This document shows positions 48,286-56,084 of a stretch of 58,147 nucleotides of DNA, piece by piece; position 1 is the first letter of the stretch, and each line of letters opens with the position of its first letter. Origin of the DNA: an uncultured Thermodesulfovibrio sp. (lineage in GTDB: Bacteria; Nitrospirota; Thermodesulfovibrionia; Thermodesulfovibrionales; JdFR-85); the NCBI GenBank assembly GCA_964542175.1, contig CAZITN010000003.1, positions 4,249 through 62,395 on the forward strand. Reading direction: 5' to 3'. The notes under the pieces are model-generated. The model saw only the letters and a program-made list of their open reading frames with translations, ran no database searches and had not been told where the DNA came from. A program made the translations under genes and the position numbers.

Positions 48286-49626
48286 ATGGAGAAGATTCTA
48301 ATAGTAGATGATGAGAAAAACATCAGGAAGGTAATAACGAGATACCTCAGACAGGAAGGCTATTTTGCCGATGCAGTAATGGATTATGAAGATGCCCAGA
48401 CCAGGCTTCTTGATGAGAAATACGATCTAATACTTCTGGACTTGAAACTCCCCGGCAAATCAGGGCTTGAACTGTTGAAATGGGTGAAGAAAACAATACC
48501 CTCCATACCGGTAATCATGATAACTGCTTATGGCAGCATTGAAAACGCTGTCGAAGCCATAAAGATTGGGGCATCCAACTATCTTACGAAACCTGTTGAC
48601 ATGAAGGATATGGTTGCAATTATCAGGCATACGCTGCTCAGGGAACAACACTTCATAGAGGGCGAGGAAGACAGCTCTCATATGAATGATGAACACGGAA
48701 TAATAGGCCGAAGCAAAAAAATCAGGGATGTCCTTTCCACAATAGATGTTGTTGCCTCCAGCAAGGCGAATATCCTGATATGCGGTGAGTCGGGAACCGG
48801 CAAGGAACTGGTTGCCCGAGCCATGCACAAGGCTTCCTCACGAAGGGACGGCCCTTTTATTGCCATTAATTGTGCTGCTGTGCCAGCCGAGCTTATTGAG
48901 AATGAACTGTTCGGGCACGAACAGGGTGCTTATACAGGTGCAACCACCAGGGAGGTTGGAAAGGTGGAACTTGCTGATGGCGGGACACTGTTTCTCGATG
49001 AGATAGGAGACATGTCTCTGAACATGCAGGTCAAACTGTTGAGATTCATTCAGGAGAGGGAGTTCTTCAGGATCGGTGGGACCAGACCTGTAATGTCCGA
49101 TTGCCGGATAATAGCTGCCACCAACAGGGATCTTGAAGAGGATATTGCTTCTGGCAGGTTCCGGGAAGAGTTATACTACAGAATAAACGTCATACAGATT
49201 GATGTTCCTCCCCTGAGGGAGAGACGGGAGGATATTGAACTTCTTGCCGAGCATTTTCTGAGAATATTTGCAGAAGAGAACAAAAAGTATGTAACGCGTA
49301 TCTCACCGCTGGCCTTGGAGGCGCTGAGCAGGTATGACTGGCCGGGAAATGTCAGGGAATTACAGAATATAATCGAGAGGGCCATAGTAATGACAAGGAG
49401 TGATATCATATCTCTCGAGGACCTCCCGCAAAAGATAAGCAAACTTCACAGAATTGAACCGTCTGAGATTGATGAGTTGCCGGATATGTCTCTTTCGGAG
49501 ATTGAAAAACTCGCCGTAATCAAGGCACTCAGGGCGGAGAAATGGAATCAGACAAGAGCCGCTAAACGGCTTGGAATCACAAGAAGACAGCTTCGAACGA
49601 AGATGGAAAAATACGATCTCCTCTGA
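48286..49626 (+). CDS. sigma54-dependent response regulator (NtrC family)
   Basis: Receiver (ILIVDDE, DLILLDLKLPG), AAA+ domain (GESGTGKE, GAYTGA, ELYYRI) and a C-terminal Fis-type HTH. Start at ATG 48286 behind GAAGG. Confidence 0.95.
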   Translation: MEKILIVDDEKNIRKVITRYLRQEGYFADAVMDYEDAQTRLLDEKYDLILLDLKLPGKSGLELLKWVKKTIPSIPVIMITAYGSIENAVEAIKIGASNYLTKPVDMKDMVAIIRHTLLREQHFIEGEEDSSHMNDEHGIIGRSKKIRDVLSTIDVVASSKANILICGESGTGKELVARAMHKASSRRDGPFIAINCAAVPAELIENELFGHEQGAYTGATTREVGKVELADGGTLFLDEIGDMSLNMQVKLLRFIQEREFFRIGGTRPVMSDCRIIAATNRDLEEDIASGRFREELYYRINVIQIDVPPLRERREDIELLAEHFLRIFAEENKKYVTRISPLALEALSRYDWPGNVRELQNIIERAIVMTRSDIISLEDLPQKISKLHRIEPSEIDELPDMSLSEIEKLAVIKALRAEKWNQTRAAKRLGITRRQLRTKMEKYDLL

Positions 49627-49722
49627 CAACTGCCTGGCAGCCTGCCATAAGTTTCATTTCTAATTTGATTGGATGCTCTCTGACCTTGATACCTTCCCCG
49701 CGAGCAGGATTTTGATCGTCTA

Positions 49723-49761
49723 TGAACAGCAGAATCGTCCTGTCTGAACAAAAATGAACAG
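49723..49761 (+). promoter_or_regulatory. candidate enhancer: three direct TGAACA(G) repeats
   Basis: TGAACAG (49723-29), TGAACA (49745-50) and TGAACAG (49755-61), about 190-230 nt upstream of the sigma54 element. The heptamer is shared with 39898-39946. Confidence 0.35.
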
Positions 49762-49816
49762 TTTGGATTTATGGCCTGATGGAATCTCCAGAAGTTAAAA
49801 GAAAAAATTTCTCAAT

Positions 49817-49935
49817 GAAGAACCCTGCGGCAAGCCGCAGGGTATCTACGATATGTAAGGAAAGTTTTTGATTTTATTTCATTCGCTCGCTTACCCCGTG
49901 GAAGACCACGGGGAATGCGCTCGTTGTGCATATTC
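49817..49935 (+). repeat. intergenic repeat family A, copy 2
   Basis: Hairpins CCCTGCGG-CAAG-CCGCAGGG (49823-42) and CCCCGTGG-AAGA-CCACGGGG (49894-913). Aligns with 57971-58103 and the reverse complement of 19290-19408. Confidence 0.88.
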
Positions 49936-49950
49936 AATCGTTTGCTGTTC

Positions 49951-49966
49951 TGGCATGCTCCTTGCT
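49951..49966 (+). promoter_or_regulatory. sigma54 -24/-12 promoter of the YeeE-DUF302-TusA operon
   Basis: TGGCATGCTCCTTGCT matches TGGCACG-N4-TTGCW in sequence and spacing. It lies about 115 nt upstream of the yeeE-like start and directly downstream of an NtrC-family activator gene. Confidence 0.68.
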
Positions 49967-50079
49967 TTAAATACTGTAAATCAGCAACGTCTAATACATG
50001 ATAATCATGTTGATTGCTGAATGCTGATAACTGCTTGTACAGGCTACCTTTAAATCTTTAATGCTCTGGAGGTGAGACG

Positions 50080-51312
50080 TTGAAACAGAAAATCAGGGAA
50101 GGCATTGTTTTGTTGCTTATTGTTGCAGGATTCATGGCAACTCTGGTTCTGATATTCAAAATAAGGAGATATCTGAGCATAGATCCTGATACACTTTCCG
50201 ATGAGGATCTGGCGGCTATAAAACAATCGATCAAGACAACGGTAATAGTTTCAGGATTCATAATCGGAGGCCTGATGGGCGCGATTGTGCAGAGAAGCAA
50301 GTTCTGTATTGCAGCCGCATGTCACAGTATTGTTACAATACGCGAGTTGACCCAGTCACGGGCGTATGCGATGGCACTTTTTGTTGCAATCCTTGGGACC
50401 CAGGTCCTTTACAGGATGGGTGATGTTGATATCACGAGAAGTATATATGTTTCTTCACCATTCACCTGGTTGAGTTATGTGGTCGGTGGGTTCATATTCG
50501 GTGTCGGTATAGTCTATGCCGGAGGGTGTGCGAGCAGGATCCTCGTGAGGTCCTCAGAGGGCAACCTTGGTGGACTGGTCAGTGTTCTGGCTTTCATCTT
50601 TTCATCAGGTGCAACCTTGTGGGGTATTACTGCCCATCTGAGAGTGGATGTTTTCAACAGTGTGACCGCGGAAATGCAGACCCAGTATATTCCCGACATC
50701 TTAGGTGGTACTGTGCCTTACTATATCGTGATAGCCGTTGTGGAGGTTGTATTGCTTGTGTTCATGCTTACTGCTTCAAGGGATTCTGAATGGTGGAACT
50801 GGCGCTGGCCTGTTGCAGGGATAGGCATAGGACTTACCATAGTTTTTGCCTGGTGGATAAACGGGATAGCTTACAAAGTCCTGCCCTACCTGGATTCTTT
50901 CTCTTATACAGGTCCTGATGACCCGACGTTGCTTCAGTTCTGGCGGCCGAAGAGTCTGACTTTTGCACTTGCCGATGCCCAGACCTTCAGGTACATTATT
51001 CTCTGGACGGGAGAATCGATAAATTTTGCCATAGCATCAGTTCTTGGAGTTATAGCCGGAGCGTTGGTGGCTGCCGTCATAAGCGGGAGTTTCACATGGG
51101 TTGCGCCGCCTCTTCAGCAGTTCAAATATAATCTTGTAGGCGGACTATTGATGGGCTTTGGTGCAGTTCTTGCCCTCGGTTGTAATATTGGACAGGGACT
51201 GAGTGGATTTTCTACACTGTCTATTGGGAGTATTCTGACGATGTCATTCATTTTCCTGGGAGCTATTTCCGGGGCCAAGTACATGAACTGGCGGCTGATG
51301 AGAGAACTGTGA
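50080..51312 (+). CDS. YeeE/YedE-family sulfur-compound (thiosulfate) transporter
   Basis: 410 aa and polytopic. Two halves with conserved Cys contexts (QRSKFCIAA, YAGGCASR, LALGCNIGQG). TTG start behind GGAGGTGAG. Confidence 0.88.
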   Translation: MKQKIREGIVLLLIVAGFMATLVLIFKIRRYLSIDPDTLSDEDLAAIKQSIKTTVIVSGFIIGGLMGAIVQRSKFCIAAACHSIVTIRELTQSRAYAMALFVAILGTQVLYRMGDVDITRSIYVSSPFTWLSYVVGGFIFGVGIVYAGGCASRILVRSSEGNLGGLVSVLAFIFSSGATLWGITAHLRVDVFNSVTAEMQTQYIPDILGGTVPYYIVIAVVEVVLLVFMLTASRDSEWWNWRWPVAGIGIGLTIVFAWWINGIAYKVLPYLDSFSYTGPDDPTLLQFWRPKSLTFALADAQTFRYIILWTGESINFAIASVLGVIAGALVAAVISGSFTWVAPPLQQFKYNLVGGLLMGFGAVLALGCNIGQGLSGFSTLSIGSILTMSFIFLGAISGAKYMNWRLMREL

Positions 51313-51319
51313 AAATATT

Positions 51320-51871
51320 ATGATGAGGCCGGGTATTTATAGGAAAATAACCAGAGGTTTGCCTGCCCTTTTTGTCATGTTAATATTATCAGGCTGTGCG
51401 TTTAACGGAAAGGCAGAGAGGGCTGCGTCTACCCTCTCTTCTGCTTACTGTAGAGATCCTGTTGTTATCAACAAGATCAATGGTGACTATGACGAGGTAT
51501 GGGAAGACTTGAAAATGGCTCTGAATGACAGAGGGCTGGTTATTTCAAGCGTTTCCCATGTTGGTGAAATGCTTGAACGTACAGGCAAGGCACTGGGAAG
51601 GACAAGAAAGATATATGAGAGGGCGAAGGTAATGGAGTTTTGCAGTGCCGTTGTATCAAGGGACATGCTGGAGGTTAACCCCCATTATATCTCATTCTGC
51701 CCTTATCAAATAATGGTTTATTCCCTCCCCGGCAAGCCTGATGAAATTTATATTTCCTACAGGCATCTTATCTGGAAGGATGATGATCGTGACAAGGTTC
51801 TGGATGAGGTGGAAGAGCTTCTGAAGGATATAATAAACGATGTGCGGGAACTGCACAAGGAATATGAGTGA
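51320..51871 (+). CDS. DUF302-domain lipoprotein
   Basis: Lipobox LSGC. DUF302-like core (EFCSAVVSRDMLEVNPHYISFCPYQIMVY). Confidence 0.7.
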   Translation: MMRPGIYRKITRGLPALFVMLILSGCAFNGKAERAASTLSSAYCRDPVVINKINGDYDEVWEDLKMALNDRGLVISSVSHVGEMLERTGKALGRTRKIYERAKVMEFCSAVVSRDMLEVNPHYISFCPYQIMVYSLPGKPDEIYISYRHLIWKDDDRDKVLDEVEELLKDIINDVRELHKEYE

Positions 51872-51900
51872 ACATATCAACAGGAGAAGGAGGAGAAGTC

Positions 51901-52137
51901 ATGTCTGAAACAAGCGTAGCCCAGAGGATTGATTTGAGTGGCCAGAACTGTCCCATGCCGGTTCTTAAGACAAAGAAACATCTGGATGCAATGCAGTCAG
52001 GAGAGGTGCTTGAGGTTATTACAACCGATCCTGGCTCAAAGTCCGACATCCCTGCACTCATCAAGAGACTCGGAAGTGAACTGATAGAGTTGAAGGAAAA
52101 CGGCGGGGAATTTACATTCCTGATCAAAAAGGGCTGA
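51901..52137 (+). CDS. TusA/YeeD-family sulfurtransferase
   Basis: CPMP active-site motif (LSGQNCPMPVLKTKK). About 78 aa from ATG 51901 behind GGAGGAG. Confidence 0.9.
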   Translation: MSETSVAQRIDLSGQNCPMPVLKTKKHLDAMQSGEVLEVITTDPGSKSDIPALIKRLGSELIELKENGGEFTFLIKKG

Positions 52138-52156
52138 GCATAATATCAAAACAGTC

Positions 52157-52184
52157 CAGGAGGGGACGGCACCATCCCCTCCTG
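52157..52184. terminator. GC-rich hairpin between the convergent tusA-like and MFS genes
   Basis: CAGGAGGGGA-CGGCACCA-TCCCCTCCTG. There is only a weak T-run, on the minus-strand side. Confidence 0.45.
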
Positions 52185-52214
52185 TAACATATCATACATA
52201 TTTGCCTGACTTGA

Positions 52215-53405
52215 TCAACGGTTTGCAGTATGCAGTACGGCTGCCACAAGGCATAATATTCCTGATATGACAAGCATCTGCGATGTACCCATGTATTCTG
52301 CAAGATAACCAAGCGTGAAACTCCCGATCGGGACCATCCCGAGAAACAGAAAGGAAAAGACACTCATCACCCTCCCTCTGAGTTCATCGGGCACCTTTAA
52401 TTGAATGAAACTGTTTGAGGTAGCAAGGAGGCTTACAAGGGAAAAACCGGCAACAGTGAGAAAAAAGATTCCCAGAAGGAAGTTTTTTGTAACTGCAAAT
52501 GAAATCAGGGCAAAGGGGAATATAAGTGATGCAATTATGATGTATCTTCTCTTGTTCTTTATATCTCCCTTTATGGCGAGGGTGAGTGCGGCAAGCAACG
52601 CACCTGTGCCTCCGCCTCCCATGAGAAGACCGAGTCCCCGGGCGCCTTTATGAAAGACATCTTCGGCAAAGTAGGGCAGAAAGTGATTGTAGGGCATCCC
52701 GAATATGCTGAAGATCATTATGGTAAAGAGCAGGCGTCTTATCACCCTGTTGTGCCGGATGAATCCCAGCCCCTCTCTGAAATCAGAAAGAATATCCTTT
52801 GACTTTCGCATCCTCTCGGTTATGTCCATCTTCCGCAGGACAACCACAACAGGAATGAAACTCAATGCGTTTATGAGAAAGCAGTATGGGAGGCCGATTG
52901 AAGATATGAGCAGACCTGCAATTACGGGACCCAGCATCCTTGAGCCGTGAAAGGAGGCAGAGTGCAGAGCGATTGCATTCAGAAGATACCCCCGGCCTAC
53001 CATCTCGATCAGGAATGATTGCCTGGCCGGGATGTCTATTGAGTTTATGCTTCCCATCATGAAGGCCACGAGAAGAACCTGCCACACGGAGATTGTATGG
53101 CTCAGTGTTAGAATACCTAGTAGGAGGGGAGGAAAGATGCTCAGAAACTGTGTTAGGATGAGTATGGACTGTTTGGGAAAACGGTCTGCCAGGATGCCAC
53201 CGAAGAGTGTGAACAGGAGGATGGGGAGTGATAATACCGCACCCGTGTAACCAAGGTAAAGGGGTGAATGCGTAAGGTCGTAGACCAGCCAGCTCTGCGC
53301 TGCCTGATGCATCCAGGTGCCTGTAAGCGAGATCACCTGGGCTGTCAGAAAGTAGCGGTAGTTTCTGACTGTCAGTGCAGCAAAGGGTGTCTTTCTCTCT
53401 TCCAA
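52215..53405 (-). CDS. MFS transporter (EntS/MFS_3-like exporter)
   Basis: 396 aa with 12 predicted TM helices and the N-terminal pattern RNYRYFLTAQVISLTGTWM. TTG start with AGGAG 8 nt upstream. Confidence 0.87.
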   Translation of the reverse strand: MEERKTPFAALTVRNYRYFLTAQVISLTGTWMHQAAQSWLVYDLTHSPLYLGYTGAVLSLPILLFTLFGGILADRFPKQSILILTQFLSIFPPLLLGILTLSHTISVWQVLLVAFMMGSINSIDIPARQSFLIEMVGRGYLLNAIALHSASFHGSRMLGPVIAGLLISSIGLPYCFLINALSFIPVVVVLRKMDITERMRKSKDILSDFREGLGFIRHNRVIRRLLFTIMIFSIFGMPYNHFLPYFAEDVFHKGARGLGLLMGGGGTGALLAALTLAIKGDIKNKRRYIIIASLIFPFALISFAVTKNFLLGIFFLTVAGFSLVSLLATSNSFIQLKVPDELRGRVMSVFSFLFLGMVPIGSFTLGYLAEYMGTSQMLVISGILCLVAAVLHTANR

Positions 53406-53428
53406 TGGGCGTCTCCTTTCCGGACATG

Positions 53429-53456
53429 TTGGACAGAAACAAAATTATAGTATAAT
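53429..53456 (+). promoter_or_regulatory. sigma70 promoter positioned for a leaderless rSAM transcript
   Basis: TTGGAC (53429-34), a 16-nt spacer, TATAAT (53451-56), then 6 nt and ATG 53463. No Shine-Dalgarno sequence. Confidence 0.45.
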
Positions 53457-53462
53457 CAAAGT

Positions 53463-55049
53463 ATGAAAGATGCAGAAAGATATCCTGGGGGAAAGCTTAC
53501 TGTCACGGCAAAAGTCCTCCGTTCTCTCGGGCATGATATTGGTGAGAGCATTGTGGAAGGCCCTGAGGGATTGCTGAATCTCCTTGCGGGAATATTTGAC
53601 CCGGAGGGAGAATATGGCTACATCCCGGATCTTGCCCTTCTTGAGTTGAAAGTCAGAGAGGTTGAGAAAACAGACTTGCCCGATTTCGATGAGTGTAATG
53701 GATACTGGATAAATCCGTCACTTAACGTAATAAGGACAGGCTGGAGAGGACTTACGGGATTTTTCAGGGAAGGGGAGGATGTCGTGCCTGCTCCTGGAGA
53801 GTGTCTGGTCCTGATGTGGAAGGACCGGAGGGGTGGGATTCACATCGAAGAGCAGAGGAATGACCTGATTCTTGCCCTGAAGATTGCCGCAGAGAACCTT
53901 GATCTGAGGAGACTCTCTGAAGATACGGGCAGGGGTGTTCCGTCTTTAAGGGGACTCCTGTACAGTGCGGAGGAATCAGGAATTCTTAAACGTCCTACAT
54001 CAAGGGTCAGACGCAACTATGACCGTATTGATTCGAATATTTTTCCTGACAACAAGTTCCTCGCAGCCGAGACCTTCACTCTCCAGTGGCATATCACACA
54101 GGCCTGTGACCTTCATTGCAAGCACTGCTACGACAGGTCGAACCGGGAATACCTGACCTTTGAGAAGGCCCTTTACGTGCTTGATCAGTTCTATGAATTC
54201 TGTATAGAAAAAGGAGTTTCCGGCCAGGTCTCCTTCTCCGGCGGGAACCCTTTCCTCCATTCTTCATTCTTCAGGATCTATGAAGAGGCGGTAAAGAGGG
54301 GGTTCGTTGTAGCAGTTCTGGGTAATCCGGTAACTGAAGAGCGGTTAAGGGAACTTCTCTCAATCAGAAAACCCTCCTTTTACCAGGTGAGCCTTGAAGG
54401 GCTGAAGGACCGGAACGACTGGGTGAGAGGCGAGGGACATTTTGAGAGGACTCTCGATTTTCTCTCCCTTCTGGGAAGGTTTGGGATTTACAGGATGGTG
54501 ATGCTAACGCTGACGGAATCAAATTTCAGAGACGTGATTCCCCTAGCGGAACAGCTCAGGAGGCTTGCAGATACCTTTACCTTCAACAGGCTCTCAATGG
54601 TGGGAGAAGGAGAGAACCTGAGATTGCCTCCTCAAGGTGAATTCAGAATCTTTCTGGAAGAATATCTTGCAGCCTGCAATGACAATGTATCCCTCAGTCT
54701 GAAGGATAATTTTTTCAACATCCTGAGAGTCGGAAAAGGTGAGCCCCCTATAGGTGGATGCACCGGATACGGTTGTGGCGCAGCCTTCAACTTTGTCTCC
54801 GTACTTCCCGACGGCGAGGTCCATGCCTGCAGGAAGTTTCCTTCACTGATAGGGAATATTTACGAAGACAGTCTGCTTGAGATTTACGACTCACCCATTG
54901 CAGATAGATACCGGGAGGGGCCGTCGGAATGCAGGGACTGCAGCCTCCGTCTGGTCTGCAGGGGCTGTCTGGCAGTGGCCTACAGTCATAAACTCGATCC
55001 TTTCAAGGATAAAGACCCCTATTGTTTTATCCAGGACCCAGACCGGTAA
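53463..55049 (+). CDS. radical SAM enzyme with C-terminal SPASM-type domain and a roughly 205-aa unknown N-terminal domain
   Basis: CDLHCKHCY (CxxxCxxC) at about aa 215. C-terminal Cys cluster GGCTGYGCGA..HACRKF..CRDCSLRLVCRGC. The N-terminal third has no motif I recognise. Confidence 0.88.
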   Translation: MKDAERYPGGKLTVTAKVLRSLGHDIGESIVEGPEGLLNLLAGIFDPEGEYGYIPDLALLELKVREVEKTDLPDFDECNGYWINPSLNVIRTGWRGLTGFFREGEDVVPAPGECLVLMWKDRRGGIHIEEQRNDLILALKIAAENLDLRRLSEDTGRGVPSLRGLLYSAEESGILKRPTSRVRRNYDRIDSNIFPDNKFLAAETFTLQWHITQACDLHCKHCYDRSNREYLTFEKALYVLDQFYEFCIEKGVSGQVSFSGGNPFLHSSFFRIYEEAVKRGFVVAVLGNPVTEERLRELLSIRKPSFYQVSLEGLKDRNDWVRGEGHFERTLDFLSLLGRFGIYRMVMLTLTESNFRDVIPLAEQLRRLADTFTFNRLSMVGEGENLRLPPQGEFRIFLEEYLAACNDNVSLSLKDNFFNILRVGKGEPPIGGCTGYGCGAAFNFVSVLPDGEVHACRKFPSLIGNIYEDSLLEIYDSPIADRYREGPSECRDCSLRLVCRGCLAVAYSHKLDPFKDKDPYCFIQDPDR

Positions 55050-55459
55050 TGGACAGCACCTTTATGAAAATAGGGAAGCTTGCAGAAGAGGCGGGTGTAA
55101 GCATAGATACCATCAGGTATTACGAGAAAAGGGGAATCCTCCCGCCTCCTGTAAGATCTGCCTCCGGATACAGACTCTATACTGAAGAGACAGTGGATAT
55201 GCTCAGGTTCGTAAGAAAGGCAAAGGGTCTTGGGTTCAGACTGGATGAGATCCGGCAGCTTGCAAGGCTCAGGTACAGCCCCTGCGACGACAGGTGTGTA
55301 AGTGTCAGAAAGATTGCTGAAGAAAAGATGAAAGAGGTTTCCGAAAGGATCAATGATCTCCTTGAGCTCCAGAAGATGCTCGACAGTTTCATTGATTCAT
55401 GCAGGAGAAACAGGACCCTCAGTAAATGTCCCTTCCTTGAAGAACTCGGAAAGGACTAA
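55049..55459 (+). CDS. merR: MerR-family Hg(II)-type transcriptional regulator
   Basis: HTH IGKLAEEAGVSIDTIRYYEKRGIL. Cys pattern SPCDDRC...DSC-x8-CP mirrors MerR Cys82/117/126. The ATG overlaps the rSAM stop (TAATG). An alternative start is at 55064. Confidence 0.85.
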   Translation: MDSTFMKIGKLAEEAGVSIDTIRYYEKRGILPPPVRSASGYRLYTEETVDMLRFVRKAKGLGFRLDEIRQLARLRYSPCDDRCVSVRKIAEEKMKEVSERINDLLELQKMLDSFIDSCRRNRTLSKCPFLEELGKD

Positions 55460-55496
55460 TGGATTAATCATTTTTCACTCCTTGCAGTTTTTTTTC

Positions 55497-55528
55497 TTGA
55501 CTCTTGAGTATACTCCAGGGTTTATAAT
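55497..55528 (+). promoter_or_regulatory. MerR-type promoter/operator (long spacer with dyad)
   Basis: TTGACT (55497-502), a 20-nt spacer containing the dyad CTTGAGTATACTCCAG (55503-18, 14 of 16 positions symmetric), then TATAAT (55523-28). Confidence 0.72.
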
Positions 55529-55547
55529 ATAACAAACGGGAGGTAAT

Positions 55548-56072
55548 GTGAAGAGGTTGTCTGTAATAATAGCTGTATTCTTCTGTTTTGTCTCAAGTTC
55601 GGTTCTCCTTTTCGCCGGAGAGAAGGATATTTTTCTCATCCATCTGAAGACGGCACTGAAAAAGGACGATGCCCAGATATGCGTGGCCTACAACATGATC
55701 TGGGCTGCCCTTGAAGAGGGTTTTCAGGTAAAGGTGCTTGTGGATGCCAGTGCAATTGATACCTTCAAGATCGGGTGGCTGAGCAAGAAGGATGATATTG
55801 AGGACTATAGGATCCCGGACAATCTGAGAGAGGCCCTTTCTGTTCAGTTCAGCAAACCCCTGGAGAAGATCCCTGAGACCTATGGTGATTTGCTGAGGAT
55901 GCTTCACGACCTGGGAGCAGAGTTCTATGTGAACACAGGATATCTCATAGTCTCAAAGTCAGGAACACCGGAGGCCCCCCTTGATAGGATTTCTGTAAAG
56001 TTCTTCAAGCCTGTGAGTCTGAGAGAGATGGTAAGGTTGAGAAAAGAAGCAAAGTACTACATGGCCTATTAG
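55548..56072 (+). CDS. secreted hypothetical protein, possible DsrE/DsrF-like fold
   Basis: GTG start behind GGGAGG and a signal peptide. A beta-alpha-beta pattern (IFLIHLKT..., VKVLVDASAIDTF) resembles the 40516 protein. There is one Cys in the mature part. Confidence 0.6.
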   Translation: MKRLSVIIAVFFCFVSSSVLLFAGEKDIFLIHLKTALKKDDAQICVAYNMIWAALEEGFQVKVLVDASAIDTFKIGWLSKKDDIEDYRIPDNLREALSVQFSKPLEKIPETYGDLLRMLHDLGAEFYVNTGYLIVSKSGTPEAPLDRISVKFFKPVSLREMVRLRKEAKYYMAY

Positions 56073-56084
56073 GGGAGGATTTGT

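Noticed and set aside
47781-48323. 180-aa minus-strand ORF
   Set aside because: Antisense to the histidine kinase ATPase domain.
52783-53442. 219-aa minus-strand ORF
   Set aside because: An alternative frame within the MFS transporter gene. The MFS frame gives 12 coherent TM helices, and this one does not.
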